From Octopus sinensis (taxonomy: Eukaryota), in contig NC_043002.1 of NCBI RefSeq assembly GCF_006345805.1, positions 80,600,001-80,664,000 on the forward strand: a stretch of 64,000 bases of DNA, read 5' to 3'. The translations under genes and the position numbers were made by a program. Shown in pieces: positions 14,899 through 29,499 of the stretch (the stretch's first letter is position 1; each line of letters begins with the position of its first letter). Under the pieces are notes generated by a model, which saw nothing but the letters and a program-made list of their open reading frames with translations, had not been told where the DNA came from and made no database searches.

Positions 14899-14935
<37 letters not shown>

Positions 14936-15533
14936 TTATCTATCTTTCTATCTTTCTTATCTATCTATCTTTCCCCGAATCTCATATACATACATAGATA
15001 TAAATATACTGGATTGAAACATGGGAGCATATACGACAGTGAATGACATATACTGCCTACATGCTTTACATTGATTTACAAGCACGCTTCCGCACGTTCA
15101 TCGCTCCATTCAGATATATAATTATCTCTATGCACAACAAACACATGCACAATAAAGCCAGGAACACATACGTATAATAAAAGTAGAACATTCAAACAAC
15201 TAGACATAGGTATATGAATGAAGCCCTGCAAACGGAGACAAAAAATATCTAACATCTAACGTGAATGTGACGTTTGCCTTTATTTTAACTAAACTAAAAC
15301 ACCCTCGAATATAGCTAACGACAAAATATTGAAATTGTACGTGTACTATACACATTATATATACATGTCCACACACTCACGCTTAAGCCCAGAAAGAAAC
15401 ACATTTATATACATTATATATATACATAGATACATACATATATATTTATATATATATATATAGATATACATTTATATGTAAAAATAAATATATTTATACA
15501 TGCATGTGCGTAAATGTTATAAGTATAATATAA

Positions 15534-15591
<58 letters not shown>

Positions 15592-16999
15592 TATCACACA
15601 CACATACACACATATAGGCATATACTGAGGGGTGTGTACGTATTTACAAACTTTCGCATAAAAGTTCTTCCTGTTTTCATTGATATAAATTTATATATAT
15701 ACATACCTACTTATAGACAGTCACACACACATAGACACATACATATATACTTACACATATACACATACTTATATATATATATATACATACATATATACGT
15801 GTATACATATATATAAATATATTATGGATATGTATGTATAAACTGTAAGTAGATTTATATACACACATATATAGACGCACACACATATTACAACAACCCA
15901 CATTGCTAAAACCATGAAAGATCAACATTGGTAAATATATTGAGCTTATAGCATAAAGTATTACAACTTGACCTTATTATTGACCAAATGTAGTTTCATT
16001 GGTATGTCTTCGCTTTCCGTGGTCCTATATAACATATACAAACACACATATATCCTTATCTGTTGATCTTTACATAATCTATTCAGGCCATGTTTACGTA
16101 TGTATGTCTTTGTGTCAATCTACAATCTGTCAGTTATCTGTTTTTACGTGAGAGTGCGCGCATGTAAGAAATACCATCATCATGGCAGTATTAAAGATGT
16201 TACGGATTCTTTGTGAATGTTTTCTGTATTCCTGGATTATCGGATTAAAGGATCAAAGGATATGTAGGTAGGTAGATTCTTAAATCTTAGGCACTATTAG
16301 ATTTATATATGGTTGGGTAATTTGTTCCTGTAAATGCATGCTGGACAAACACATTTGTAACAAACATACATAGGCACTCACACAAACACACGTGAACACA
16401 GGACTACAAACATATGCAAGCACACATATACACATAGACACAAGCACACAAGCGCACGTATATGCTACAGGCTAAACATACAGCCAATACATACTGTACA
16501 ACAATCACACGTGTTTCTGTATATATCTATATAATTGTATGTACTTATATTATGGTTGTTCATCTGTGTACATAAGACTGCACGCGTATATATTTTGTAT
16601 ATGTATATTTGCGTGTGAAAGTATGTGTGTGTTTCCCTTTAAGTTTGTGCGCGTTTGCATGTGTGGGTGTTTGTGCATGTGTGTGTGTATGTGTGTGTCT
16701 GTGTGTCTGTGTGTATGTGTGTATGTGTATGTATGTGTGTGTGTGTGTGTGTTGATATGCTACTGTTGTTGTTTGACGCTTAGCCCACAAGGCAAACCTG
16801 ATTGATTACATTAAACGGAAAATATATCCCAGTTGTAACCATTCCGATATTTTCTTCAGACAATCTTGTTAGATTTTATTATCGAATAAGCCCTTCCTCT
16901 TGTATGATAATAAGGTGTCATTCAAGCTGTTTTGGCTGCTGTTTCTAGCAAATTTTTGGTCCGTATAAATATTGTTTTTTTTAGCATATGTCTTATTTT

Positions 17000-17345
17000 T
17001 TATCTTTTACTTTCTTAATCGTTTGACTGCTGCCATGCTGGAGCACCACCTTGAAAGATTTAACTCCTACAAATCAAGACCAGAACTTATTTTTTGAGTT
17101 TGGTACCTATTTTCTCAATCATCTTATATCGAACTGTTATGTAACAGGGACGTAGACAAACAAAAAGGAAACAATATCACACATACAAACATATATACTT
17201 CGATGTTCCGCACAGTTTTCTGTCAATCAAATTCACCCAACAAAGCTTTGGTCGGCACAGTATTACAGAAGAATGCACTTGCCAAAGATACAGCACCATG
17301 AAACTGAACCTGAAACCACGTGGATTTAAAGCGTTCTTCTTAACC
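17000..17345 (-). mobile_element. tRNA-derived SINE family B (degenerate)
   Basis: Matches family B tail GACTGC..CCATGCTGGAGCACC and head; partial copy follows at 17400-17590. Confidence 0.7.
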
Positions 17346-17765
17346 ACACATCCCTGCCGTTAACAAACGAATATTTAGGGGTTTACAAATGAAAGACAGC
17401 CATTGCTTTATCTTTTATCGTTTATCTCTTATTTGACTGCGTCCATGCTGGGGCAGAACGTTGAAAATATTTTTTAGACGAACGACTCGACACTGGTACT
17501 ATTTTGTTTTCAAAAAAAACATTGTGCTTATTCTATTGAGCTCTTTTGCCGAACCGCTAGGATACGGTTCCATAAACAAACCGGCACACACATTCAAAAC
17601 ACACACACAAACACACACAAACAAAACACATACACAAACACACACACACACAAACAAAACACACACACACACACACACATATATCGTATAAAATATGTAT
17701 TGGTTTACACAAATCCTAAAAGATAAATATATACTTATATAATATGCATATATGCACAAACTGAT

Positions 17766-17811
<46 letters not shown>

Positions 17812-18134
17812 TGTTGGACTACTGAACACAACACGTTTCTTTTTTCATTCTCTGTTTATTTCCCCTTATTCCTTTCTGTCGAAGAGCGTAAACTCGAAAC
17901 ATAAAAGTTTTATCCATTTTTTCCGAGCGTCAAACTAATACACTAGTTTGGTGTTCCTACGCCTGGCTTCGTCTTAGATTTTCTAAAAATCTGAACTATA
18001 CACACACACATATGTATATATAATGTATGTGTGTATGTGCCTATGTATGTATATATATTTTTGTACATGTACGTAATTTGCAGCATAATATTTAATGTTC
18101 CCTTTGAAAAAATGTGTTAGGTATTGAAATATTC

Positions 18135-18337
18135 TTTTCTACTTTTGGCACAAGGCCCGACCTTTTTTTAGAGTAGGGTGGGGGCAGTCGATTATATCGA
18201 CCATCAGTACGCAGCTGGTGCTTAATTTATCGACTCCGAAAGGATAAAAGGCAGGGTCGACTTCGGCGGAATTTGAACTCAGAACATGTAGACAGTATTT
18301 CGCCCGGCGTGCTAACGTTTCTGCCAGCTCGCCACCT
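18135..18337 (-). mobile_element. SINE family A
   Basis: Head, core and tail-2 match other copies. Confidence 0.85.
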
Positions 18338-18826
18338 TTAGGTATTCTAATATTGCATATGTATATGTATGGATGTGTGTTAACGGTGAGCTCTGCATAT
18401 ATATATATATATCTTCTCTTGTTCTTTTACTCTGATGAAGCTCCGTGCCTTAATTCGTATGTCCTATGATGATGAAGAACTTTATTCTCGCTTTTAGTTA
18501 TAGACACCATTTTGGCAATGATCAAAAACGGCCGTAAGATATATTACGTCACCTATTTGTTATATCATGCTGTGTATTAAAAAGTAAGCTATAAATGCGG
18601 TCTAATCGATGTGTTGGTTAATCTGAAGTTTTCTCCATTTTCTGATTATTTGCATTGGTTCTTGATAAACTCTTGTTTGTCTTGTTGTTACCTGCATTCT
18701 ACGTGTATGGTGTGCCTCCACAGCAATTCCAGGGGAGAATACGGGTAACGGATACCGATAGTATATAGGGATATTTTATCCCTTAGTCGTTTATTATAAC
18801 CGCTAACTCTGTTTACATTATACACA

Positions 18827-18880
<54 letters not shown>

Positions 18881-19334
18881 ACATATAGAAAGAGAGAGAT
18901 ACATACATGGATAGATAGATAAGATAAATAGATAGATATGTATATATGTATATATATATGTTTGTATGTGTATATATATATATGTGTATATGCATGTATG
19001 CATGTGTGTATGTATGTATGTATGTATGTATGTATGTATGTATGTATGTATGTATGTATGTATGTATGTATGGTTATATATCTATTAGATGTTCATTGAT
19101 AGGATCTTCACGTTGTTGGAAAAATTCACAATTCGCCTTATTTGTTTGTCATCCTTACGGCCTGATTTCAAATCTCACCAGTGTCACCTTTGCCCTTGTG
19201 GGTCAATAAAACAAAGTACGAATCAAGTACTAAATTCGATGATCTCTTTATATATAACAATAACACCATAATATATAACTTTAATTCGCAATACAATGAT
19301 TCTTATTGATTTACTTGGACCTAAGATATCAGTC

Positions 19335-19722
19335 TTTTTACCTCCGCCTTATAGAAGTTATTGTCTTCAGTCGTGTTTGTTTGTTTACTTATTTTTTCTT
19401 CGTTTGTTTGTCCCTGGACAAGATATCACAAGAACTGCTGGACGGATTCGGATGAATCTTTCACGGTTGTTTGGCCTCGTGATTGGCACGAACTGATTAG
19501 ATACTGGGATCGATTCTGTACCGGACACAGATTCTGGAGTATTATTCCGTTTTTTCTTTACTTAATTTCTGAGAGCGGTCGGGTTCATTTTTAGTATTCT
19601 CGTTTGTGAGAGCAATCGAGTTTATTTCAGATATTCTCATTTTAAAAATCATCTCCGGCCAGTCGTTGAGAGGACGTTGGTGTTGCCTTGGTGGAGGTTT
19701 GCACTCTCTGAGTGCTCTTGTT
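19335..19722 (+). mobile_element. Helentron-associated (HINE/DINE-1-like) non-autonomous element
   Basis: T-rich start, subterminal IR ACCTCCGCC (19340) / GGTGGAGGT (19690), (GTTT)n near the 5' end, 3' hairpin GCACTC-TCT-GAGTGC, ends in TT. Confidence 0.75.
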
Positions 19723-20011
19723 CTAACTTAATATACATTTCAGAGGACACGTTATTGCTTATACCTTTCTCTGGATAAACGAAATGTCTCGTCCCGTGAG
19801 TAAAAGTCAGTGCTTTCGTTAAGGCATATGCAAAGAACGTATGCATTACAATAATATACATATGTCAATACATAGAACATGTGCTTTTGTAGCTAAAGAC
19901 TCTTATTTCTATCAATGCGGTGCTCCTTACACTCATGGTCACTTGTACTGAAGATGAAGTATTTCGTTTTTGGTTTTAAATTGCGTCTAGCCATCTTCAT
20001 TATTTTAAAAT

Positions 20012-20054
<43 letters not shown>

Positions 20055-20056
<2 letters not shown>

Positions 20057-20260
20057 TAATCCAAGCATGAAAACACAAAGAGAAAACACAACGCGAGGAC
20101 GTGGAACAAATATAGTATTATTGGACGCTCAGGTAGGAAAGGAAGAAGGAGGGTTTTACGTTTCGAGCGGAGCTCTTCGTTAGAAACATAGGAAAAGGAA
20201 AGATCCAGAGAAGGAAAGACGAAGGGAAAAAATCGCCAACGGTACACACGCGGTCACATG
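20055..20260 (-). mobile_element. PLE-type terminal fragment with mutated HHR (20153-20187)
   Basis: Minus strand GUUU CUAACGA A GAGC UCC GCUC GAAA CG UA AAAC (G5A core change); homologous to 47700-47870. Confidence 0.65.
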
Positions 20261-20266
20261 TATACA

Positions 20267-21541
20267 CAGGGTGCGTAAGACATTTGAAGACATATTTTTG
20301 TTTATAAAAAACAGATATATATTAACAGATAATAACTTTATTTATCAAAAAATACTATGAGGATAAAAATAAGTCTCCTTTCTATAATGTTATTCAATAA
20401 AGTCACCTTCAGCTTCAACAGCTGTTTCCATATGAGATCTAAATCATCTATATACTCGAATCAAGTGTTCCTGGTTCATTTTGGACATTACTCTGACTAT
20501 GGTAGCTTTCAAAGAATTTTTTGTGTTATGGGCGTGTGCATTGACCTCTCTCTCAACAACGCTCCACATGTAATAGTCCAATGGGTTGAGTTCTAGGGAA
20601 TTAGAAAGGTAAAATCTTACGGGTTATGTGATCATGAAAATTTTCAGCCATCCATTCCTGTGTTACTAGAGCCATGTGTGTTACTGAATAGTCTTACTGA
20701 AACATAAGTAGCCTTCCATTGCATAAAGTGTCTATCCTGGGCTTAACAATTATTTCTAGTACATCAATGTAGGTGGCAGAGTTAACTCTAAGGTCTTGTA
20801 GAAAGAAGTAAGGAGGCATCACATGTCCTTCATTGCTGACAGCCCCTAAAACCATGACAGTTTCAGGAAATATTGTATGTATAAGAATTGGAAGTTGAGA
20901 AGGGTCTGCACATAACCATCTGAAATTTCTTCTGTTAACATTTTGATCATGGTCGAAGTTTTTCTTCTTTGAGAAATACCAAATCAAATCTTCTGCTGGA
21001 TTTTTCAGATTGTTTAAAAGCATTTTAGATCTGGTGTAATGGGCTTTTTTTTCGCTTATTCTGACAAATTGACGTTTCCTCAACGTATTAGGCTTTCTAT
21101 CTGATGTTTTCGGGGACAATATTTCTGACTGTTCCTTCTGACACATGGAGATCTTTTGCAATTGATCTCATGGACTTTCTAGGATTGTAATCAACGGTCT
21201 GTTGAACTTGCTGGATAAATTCAGGTTTTCTGATGATTTCAGAGCGTTTAGAATGCTTTTTTATGCTTTGATACTCTCTTACTCTTTGTAAGCCCACGTT
21301 TCCATCTTCAATCTCTAGCTCTTTACAAATTTTGTAGACTAAAGATCTGGGAACATTAAAAAAATGAGATATTTCTAAATCGCTATGCTCAGCCTTTATA
21401 ACCACAATAACAGCATGCCTCTTTATTTCTTGAGTAAGCTGAGGGGCCGCTATTATTATTTTCTCAAAGATGATACAGAGTTAGCAAAAAATGCAACAAT
21501 GCCAGCCAAAATTTATGTTCTCAAATACCTAACACACCTTG
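20267..21541 (-). mobile_element. Tc1/mariner transposon (maT/DD37D-like), decayed transposase
   Basis: Termini TACA-CAGGGTG ... CACCTTG-TA; ORFs 21097-21405 (HTH) and 20694-21161 (VMVLGAVSNEG..MPPYFF); NSLELNPLDYYMW at ~20565-20602. Confidence 0.85.
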
Positions 21542-21559
21542 TATATATGTGGTGGTGTA

Positions 21560-21590
<31 letters not shown>

Positions 21591-21757
21591 CGTTTGTGTC
21601 TGTATATATACATACACCCACACACACACATATGGATCTCTCTATCTATCTGTCTGTCTATCTGTCTGTATGTATGTATGTATATATGCATGTATGTATA
21701 TGTATGTAAGCATGTATATATATATATATATATGCATATATATATACATATATATAT

Positions 21758-21958
21758 TTGTGTTTGAGCCCCCACTCCACCATCGCTTGACAAACGATGC
21801 TGGTGTGTTTACATCCCTGAAAATTAGGGGGTCGGCAAAATTGACCGATAATATATGCTCTAGGCTTACAAAAAATAAGTCCTGGGGTTGATTTGTTCGA
21901 CAAGAGGCGGTGCTCCAGTTTGGCCACTGTCAAATGACTGAAACAAGTAAAAGAAAAA
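21758..21958 (+). mobile_element. SINE family B, 3' half
   Basis: CATCGCTTGACAA...GGTGCTCCAG...GACTGAAACAAGTAAAAGA tail. Confidence 0.8.
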
Positions 21959-21994
21959 AGAAATTCATATATATATATATATTAGACCATTTGC

Positions 21995-22043
<49 letters not shown>

Positions 22044-22911
22044 TTATATTATGTAATGATTTATAACGTAGGTACATGATAGAACATATAATGAAAAGCG
22101 ATTCTGACAGGTTGGAAATCAAACTCATCTCCAGCAGGAATTGGAATCACTGAAGTCATAAAGGGAGGTAATTAATTAAAACAAGACATTTTATTGGACG
22201 TTCCTAAATTTATTTGCAACCCAACGACCTTGAGGTGGTTGTGGTGGTGGGTGGTGGAGTATATCACTTATTACGTTGCAATCAGCTTTTGACAAGTAAT
22301 TATATCATCAATACCGATAGACTCTGCACAAGTTTGCTCATCTTACTAGGAACCTCTTCATGTTTTTCCGAAACCTTATCGTCGCCTCTTAAATAAGAGA
22401 GGTAGAGAGAGGGACAGAGAGAGATAGGCATACAGACAGATACACAGACAGAAATAGAGGCAGAGAAAGAGAGAAAGAGTGGGTGAGACAGAGTGAGAAA
22501 GAGAGAGAGAAATAGAGAAGGGGAGAGAGAGAAAAAATAGAGACAGAGAGAAAGGAGGAATAGAGAAAGACGGAGAGAGAGAGAGAGAGAGAGAGAATGT
22601 GTTGGATATTATAATCTGTGATTCCTAAGAGACAGTTTATCAAGGACCAGGATACGTTTTGTCATGCACAGCAAGGGATGGCCTTGGGCTAAATAAAAAA
22701 CAAACAAACAAATGAACACTTACCATTCCATGGGTTTTGAGATAATAACATAAATACCCGAATACTTGGCCTCATTTTGGCTTGCCCTCTCAATTGTCAC
22801 TTATTTATCGGACTCCAAGATTCAATCTCGGACGGAAAGAAAATCTCGGAGAACCGGTGATATGATACAAACCACTGTTCTTGTTGTCAGTTCCTTGTAT
22901 GGCATCTTTCT

Positions 22912-23327
22912 TTTATTTATTTATTGCCCACATGAGGCTAAACATAGAGGGTACAAACAAGGACAGATAAAGGAATTAAGTCGATTACATCGACCCCAGT
23001 GCATAATTGGTACTCATTTAATCGACCCCGAAAGGAAGAATGGCAAAGTCGACCTCGGTTGAATTTGAACTCAGAACGTAGCGGCAGACGAAATACCTAT
23101 TTCTTTACTACCCACAAGGGGCTAAATACAGAGAGGACAAACAAAGACAGACAAACGGATTAAGTCGATTACATCGACTCCAGGGTGTAACTGGTACTTA
23201 TTTATCGACCCCGAAAGGATGAAAGGCAAAGTCGACCTCGACAGAATTTTAACTCAGAACGTCATGATAGACGAAATGCCGATAAGAGTTTTGCCCGGCA
23301 TGATAGCGATTGCGCCTACTCGCTGCT
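22912..23327 (-). mobile_element. SINE family A head-to-tail dimer
   Basis: Two core+tail-1 units joined at GACGAAATAC|CTATTTCTTTAC (~23096). Confidence 0.85.
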
Positions 23328-23874
23328 TTTATCTAACTAAATAATAATACTTAAGCAGTGACAAATAAAATTTATTTTAGCAAGTAGGGGCAACAACTCC
23401 AGGTATGTTTCGGTGTTACGAGACGTTGTGTCAACGAAGCATAGTTTCTTCATTCCTTGCTCTATTCGTAATAAGCGAATCACTATACTTACCTGCATTG
23501 ATGATCAAGCGTATGACTAATTTTCTTTTAACTAAAGTTAATTATCCGGTTATCATAAAGAATATAATGAATTATCGAAAGAAAAAATATTGGGTCTATG
23601 CTTGAGGGCAAAATTTTATGTTCATCAATCAACGCCTATTTCCATTCATGCCAAATATAACTCCTTCATACTTCAATATATAAACTCCCTCTCTCCCTCT
23701 TCTTCTCTTTCTCTGTCTCTGTCCCCCTCTCTCTTTCTCTCTTTCTCCCTTCCTCTCTTTCTTGTTTTCTTCCATCTACTTTTTCCGTTTATTCAATACT
23801 ATCAATAAATGCTTCAAGTGTCTCCGACGAACAAATATACGTGAAACATCAGTTTCTAAATTTTCATGAACATT

Positions 23875-24040
23875 AGGCGCAGCAGTGGCTATGTGGTAAG
23901 TAGCTTGCTTACCAACCACATGGTTCCGGGTTCAGTCCCACTGTGTGGCACTTTGGGCAAGTTTCTTCTACTATAGCCTCGGGCCGACCAAAACCTTTTG
24001 AGTGGATTTGGTAGACAGAAACTGAAAGAAGTCCGTCGTA
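23875..24040 (+). mobile_element. SINE family B, 5' half, followed by (GATA)n
   Basis: AGGCGC..GTGGCT..GTGGTAAG A-box, GGTTCAGTCCC B-box, CORE-like TTGGGCAAGT segment. Confidence 0.85.
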
Positions 24041-24064
24041 TATATATATATATAGATAGATAGG

Positions 24065-24181
<117 letters not shown>

Positions 24182-24359
24182 TACAGCCACTAAACATTTT
24201 CTATTTTCTCTCCCTGTTTATTTCTGTATTCCTTTCTGTCGAAGAGCGTAGGCTCGAAACGTAAAAGACTTTCTCACTTTTCGAGCGCTAAACTAATACA
24301 TCTGTTTGTTACACACCCGTCTTCATCTTTTATAATTTTTTTTTTTTTTGCAAATTCTC

Positions 24360-24418
<59 letters not shown>

Positions 24419-26019
24419 AAAAAATGAAGTTCGAAAATGCTGCTATATTATACAATTTTTAATTTATATATATATATACAGACTTTTATGAATTTTCGTT
24501 GCAAGATACCCGTTGTTAAACTGTTGAAATAGATATCGTTGTCGTGAAGGATGGTCATTTCCCTTTTTTATTATTTTTGCCAAATAAACACTATATATTC
24601 GTTCTTCACCCATTATTACTGTTGCATTCTAAAGAGAATGAACTAAGCGGAGCAAGAGCTCACACGAGGACGGAAAATGTCACAGACGTGTGACGAAAGA
24701 TTTCTGGACAATGGACATGAGTTAAAATAAGAACAGTAATAAGCGAATGAAGAATGAATATATAGTGTGTTTGTTTATTTGGCAAACAAAAGAAAAACGA
24801 CCGCCCCGAAATACAGTGATATATATATATATATTTTATAGAGGGCACTATATTCTCTGCTTCGAGAATTGTTTCGGTACTATGTGTTTATCTATTTTAA
24901 TAGTTTTGACTTTAAGAGTCCCTTCTAGAGTGAGGCATCTATGTGTAAGAGTACCCTCTATATAATATAAATAAATAAATATAAAAGAAAAAATTGATGG
25001 TATTTTCTCTTATGAGGTTTTTCACGCTAACTACTTGATAAGTTCTTATGAAGATTTTATCCTATTTTTTAAATTGTATATATATATGTAGTTCTATGTG
25101 TATATATCTTTGTGTTTGTGTTCCGTATCACCGGCTTCTCTGCACCAGTTCGCCAACAGTCTGCTGGGATAGGCATAGAAAAAAGCAAGTGCCGGGGTGA
25201 TATTTTGCGGCCATGATATTGCACCTTCAAGACGTTGCGAGGGCGTGGCCGTAATCTAACGACTGAAACAAGTAAAGGCTAAAAGTCAGAGCATATTTTT
25301 TCCAATTTTGCTGAATAACGGAGACCAATGTTTATTTTACTTTCTTTCGATGGTTCTTAGTCTTTAGACGGTCGCCATTCTGGGTCATCGATCATCAATA
25401 TAGTGTTCAGGTTCAATCGATTATATTTAAACCAGCACTTCTTTGATTCACACTTATTTTATCGATCAATTAAACGTGACAGGAACAATGTATCGAAATC
25501 TGCCTCATTTCTCCGTCATGTATGTATACGGATATACAAGGACTCACACACAAACACATAAACCCAGGGGCGTATGATGTTTATGGTAGTGAGTATGCTG
25601 CCACCCCCAATTCCACCAAATTTCAAGCAGGGGTATAACAAAATTGTTCCATTAAGATTTGTATTTAAATTAATGAGTAAGGTTAATATTTATAATGAAT
25701 TTACCATTTTTGATGGGTGTTCTTCGCACACATGGCACACCCGGAATATACATCTTTGATTAAACGCACACACGCATAATTTTATACAATAGATTTCTGC
25801 TGTCTTCTTTTATGAAATTCCACACAGAACAAGACTTTGGACGATCTGCAGCAAATGAAGACAGAATGATCTGATTTTGATTTGAATTTCTTAGAAATTG
25901 GATCCTTTCCTTACGGAAATACAAGTGCTTCTTTCGTAAAATTGAAATTTTGGTGATTTCGGTGATTTTTCTTTCTTTAAAATTGTGTCGTCTTCGTCGT
26001 CGTCGTCGTCGTCGTCGTC

Positions 26020-26059
<40 letters not shown>

Positions 26060-28178
26060 CAGCAGCAGCTGTTGTTGTTGTTGTTGCTTTTGTTGTTTAG
26101 CTCCATATTAAACTTGAATCCACAAGCAAAGGATTAAAAGATTTCCAGCTTCCCGGAGCTATCGTCTGTATTACGGAAGATCAAGACTGCAATTGATCTC
26201 ATTTCTCCCTACTATTTTTCAGCAAGCGAAGTATAATTTGAGTGAGATTTGGTTTCTTATTTCTAGTCAGGCAAGAGACTAATACTGCTTAGCGGTTTTC
26301 TGGGTCGTCCCAAATATTCTCTTTTTAATAAGTAAGTCAATACGAAGCAGTTTTAGAGAAGCACACTCGCACATCATTCTCACTTTTAAATAAATTTGTT
26401 TTTATTTAAAATCCTCTAACCACAATAATTAGTGAATAAGAACACCCAAAGGCCCTCCACACGAATGTGTTACGTTTAGTTGGTTGCTATTACATTATAA
26501 TGTTGTTATGTTTACAAACCTAGCATAGCTCCGCAATTTCTCTTGCTATCCTAAGGTTCGCGTACTCTGGTTTGAGAATTTCCGTACTATACGTTTTCCA
26601 CAATAACGTACATTGTTTATGAATATAAAAAAAAGTATTGTGCGCGACACTATTTTCCAAACCTTCCCTGATGAAAATACATCGATATCATAACGGGTGG
26701 TTTTTCACCAAGTACTCCTACCCTTTGAGAGTAATTTTCTGTAAGTTTACATTTGATCTTTTCAGGCATAATTTGTGGCAATTGGGAAGATGGGAAAATC
26801 TTCATCCGTTCTATCAGTTGCCTGAGAAACAATGGAATTCCAGTGAATCTCGAGATTGTCTACCATGGTAAATAGTGAGTACAAATATCTTATTTTTCTA
26901 CAAGTTTCAATTATTGAGCAGAGATCAAACTAAGACACTGCTTTTATTAGTTTTACTTCAACTTTCTCCGGTTTTTCTTTTAAACTACCTCGTATCGTCG
27001 TATGCTAGATATTTACAATAAGCATTTTGTCCCTCAAAGGTTTTCTTCTGCTCAGAAAGTTGGACTTCTCATCTTGATTAGATCAAACTAATATTTTCCA
27101 TTTCGTGAACAAATAGATGATGCTTTTGAAGAAATACTAGTCTTTCTATATTGTTTCAGAATTTAATTTGTTTCAGCAATGCTTGTTTGTTTGCTTTCCT
27201 GCACGTTATTTTAGCTTAGGCTATTCAATCTCTACGAATTACAGGCCTAATTTCTTACACTTACCAAATGTACGTCTGCATCCATTTTTCCAGTCATTAG
27301 TCAAGAATTGTTTCAATAAATGACTGATGCTTACTGTCATTACAATTTTATCTGCTGAACAAGACGCCTATTTTCTTCTTCCGGAAATATTTATTTCTGA
27401 TGTTCTTCCTTGATTTTGGTTAACTATACTACGCAATGTATATTAAATGTTAGCTATACTATGCAGTGTTAATTAAACGTTTAACTGCCGTTCCTCCATA
27501 ATATCAACGAGGCGATTTATAATGTCATGTCCGTCGTGGTTAACAAGATCGCTTCGATATCATAACTTTTCGGGTTCGATAGCACATCATAGCGACTTCT
27601 GAGTAAAGTTGTGTTGGCAGTAACCGTGTGAAAAATAATCAGTTAAATTGTGTCAGTTGTTGGGTTATAGACTTAATACTTCATCTGGTTTAACATCACC
27701 ATTTGACTCTTAGGTGCCTTTAGTTTTTTACTCTTCACAATATTCAGTCCAGATCGTTGGTTTGTGGCATCGTCTTTATCTTTCTCCACCATTCTTACAT
27801 ATTTCAAAAAGACATTCGTTAAAGTCTTCTTCTTCTGAATAAGGTCTAAGACAGAAATAAAGGGTGGGGGAATCCTCATCTGGCATGGGCTTTTCCTTCT
27901 CTGGGTGGGGGCTATAAACCGATACATGTACTTCATTTATTATCATAGGGAAGCTGATCTCCGTCTTTCTGTACGTAAGAACATCTGTGCAAGGAGAAGG
28001 AAGAATGGGAGGAGACAAATTGTTGTTGAAAGAGAAGTACAGAGAGTGAGAAAGAGAGTGAACGATATATAAAAAGGTGGTGTTATCACTTTAGTGACTA
28101 ACAAGTTTTGATTAAAAACGCGAGAATTTCATGTGCAAATCTGTCTACAAAACGCAACACATTTTTTTAAAAAAGGAC

Positions 28179-28217
<39 letters not shown>

Positions 28218-28219
<2 letters not shown>

Positions 28220-28635
28220 GAGCAAAACGCCCCATATCCAATAGACGGTGTTGAGTTGTCAAACATTTCAACCAAATTTTCTCAAAACAACTTGTCCGAC
28301 CGTTCCATAGGCCTCCTGTTTGAGAAACACTGATTTAACCTAAATTTGAGACACCAGCAAAAGAAGAAATAAAGATATACTTTTTCTCTATTCCAAAGAA
28401 AAACGACTTAATTCACACAAATATGCAACTGAAGAGTTTAAAGTACCAGTAATGATAAGGCTGTTGACTGATGGAACGGATTTATCGATCGCATTCTCAC
28501 CTGGAATCTGTCTTGTAATTTTTTCAAGACTTATACACGCCCTGATACCGTCGGTATCTACATATTAAATTTGAACGCAATCGGATGGAGGATGCCCGAG
28601 GTCCCAGAAAACACACACACAGACAGATAATAGAT
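28218..28635 (-). mobile_element. Non-autonomous Helitron (second copy of 6330-6729)
   Basis: Shares CGAGCAAAACGCCCC end and the ATCGCATTCTCACCTGGAATC...GGATGCCCGAG block. Confidence 0.7.
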
Positions 28636-28849
28636 AATACTTATAGTTTTCTGGGGGGGGGCAGGTTGTGTTTGTGTGTGTGCTCGTTGGGGTGTGTTTT
28701 CCTGTATGTCTTTCAACATATATATAATACACAGACTTTAAAAACAGTATTTTACTTTGAACAATATATAAAGATACGTGCATAATTAATATATATTTTT
28801 CACAACGGCGTAGCGATGAGTAACGAAATAGTAATTATAATAACTGTTT

Positions 28850-29290
28850 CAAATTTAGATACAAGCCTAGCAATTTCGGGAGGTGGGGTAGTCTATTACA
28901 TCGACACTAGTGCTCAACTGGTATCATTTTATCGACCCCAGATGGGTAAAAAAACAAAACCAGCCTCAGCAGTATTTGCATTCAAAGCGTAAAGAAGGAA
29001 AAGAAATGCCGATAAACATTTTGTCATGCGCGGTAACGATTCAGCCAGCATTGCCACCTTATAATTTTTTTAGATTTTGTTACAAAAACAGCAGTTTTAG
29101 AAGAAAGCGTCAGTTGATTACATCGCTTCAGAACTTGACTAATACTTTATTTTACTGAGCCCGAAAATATGAAAAGCGAATTTAACTTCAGCGGGATTTG
29201 ATCTCAGAATTTTAAATATATATATATATTTTTAAGCCGGAATAAATGTCACGAAGCAATTTAGTGGACCCGCTAACGATTCTGCCAGCA
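28850..29290 (-). mobile_element. Two degenerate SINE family A copies
   Basis: TTTATCGACCCC core and CGATTCTGCCAGC head remnants. Confidence 0.6.
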
Positions 29291-29499
29291 AATCAGAACA
29301 TGCTGGTAACTAAATTTGAAAGATCTTAACGAAAAAAATAAATAAATGAAGAAATAAATATGAAAATAAAAGAGAGAATGAAATTTGCTAGATACAATTT
29401 TCTTCAAGTTTCCGAAGAAAAATCACATGAGCAGAATAACTGAATTATAACAAATATTATACTTTGAATTATATTGTTGAAATCAATATAAACGTATTA

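Noticed and set aside
27673-28018. Overlapping minus-strand ORFs with protein-like composition
   Set aside because: No family motif recognised; cannot assign without a search.
26648-28332. Possible hAT element bounded by CACTATTTTCCAAACC and GTTTGAGAAACACTG
   Set aside because: No matching 8-bp TSD, and the right end lies inside a Helitron copy.
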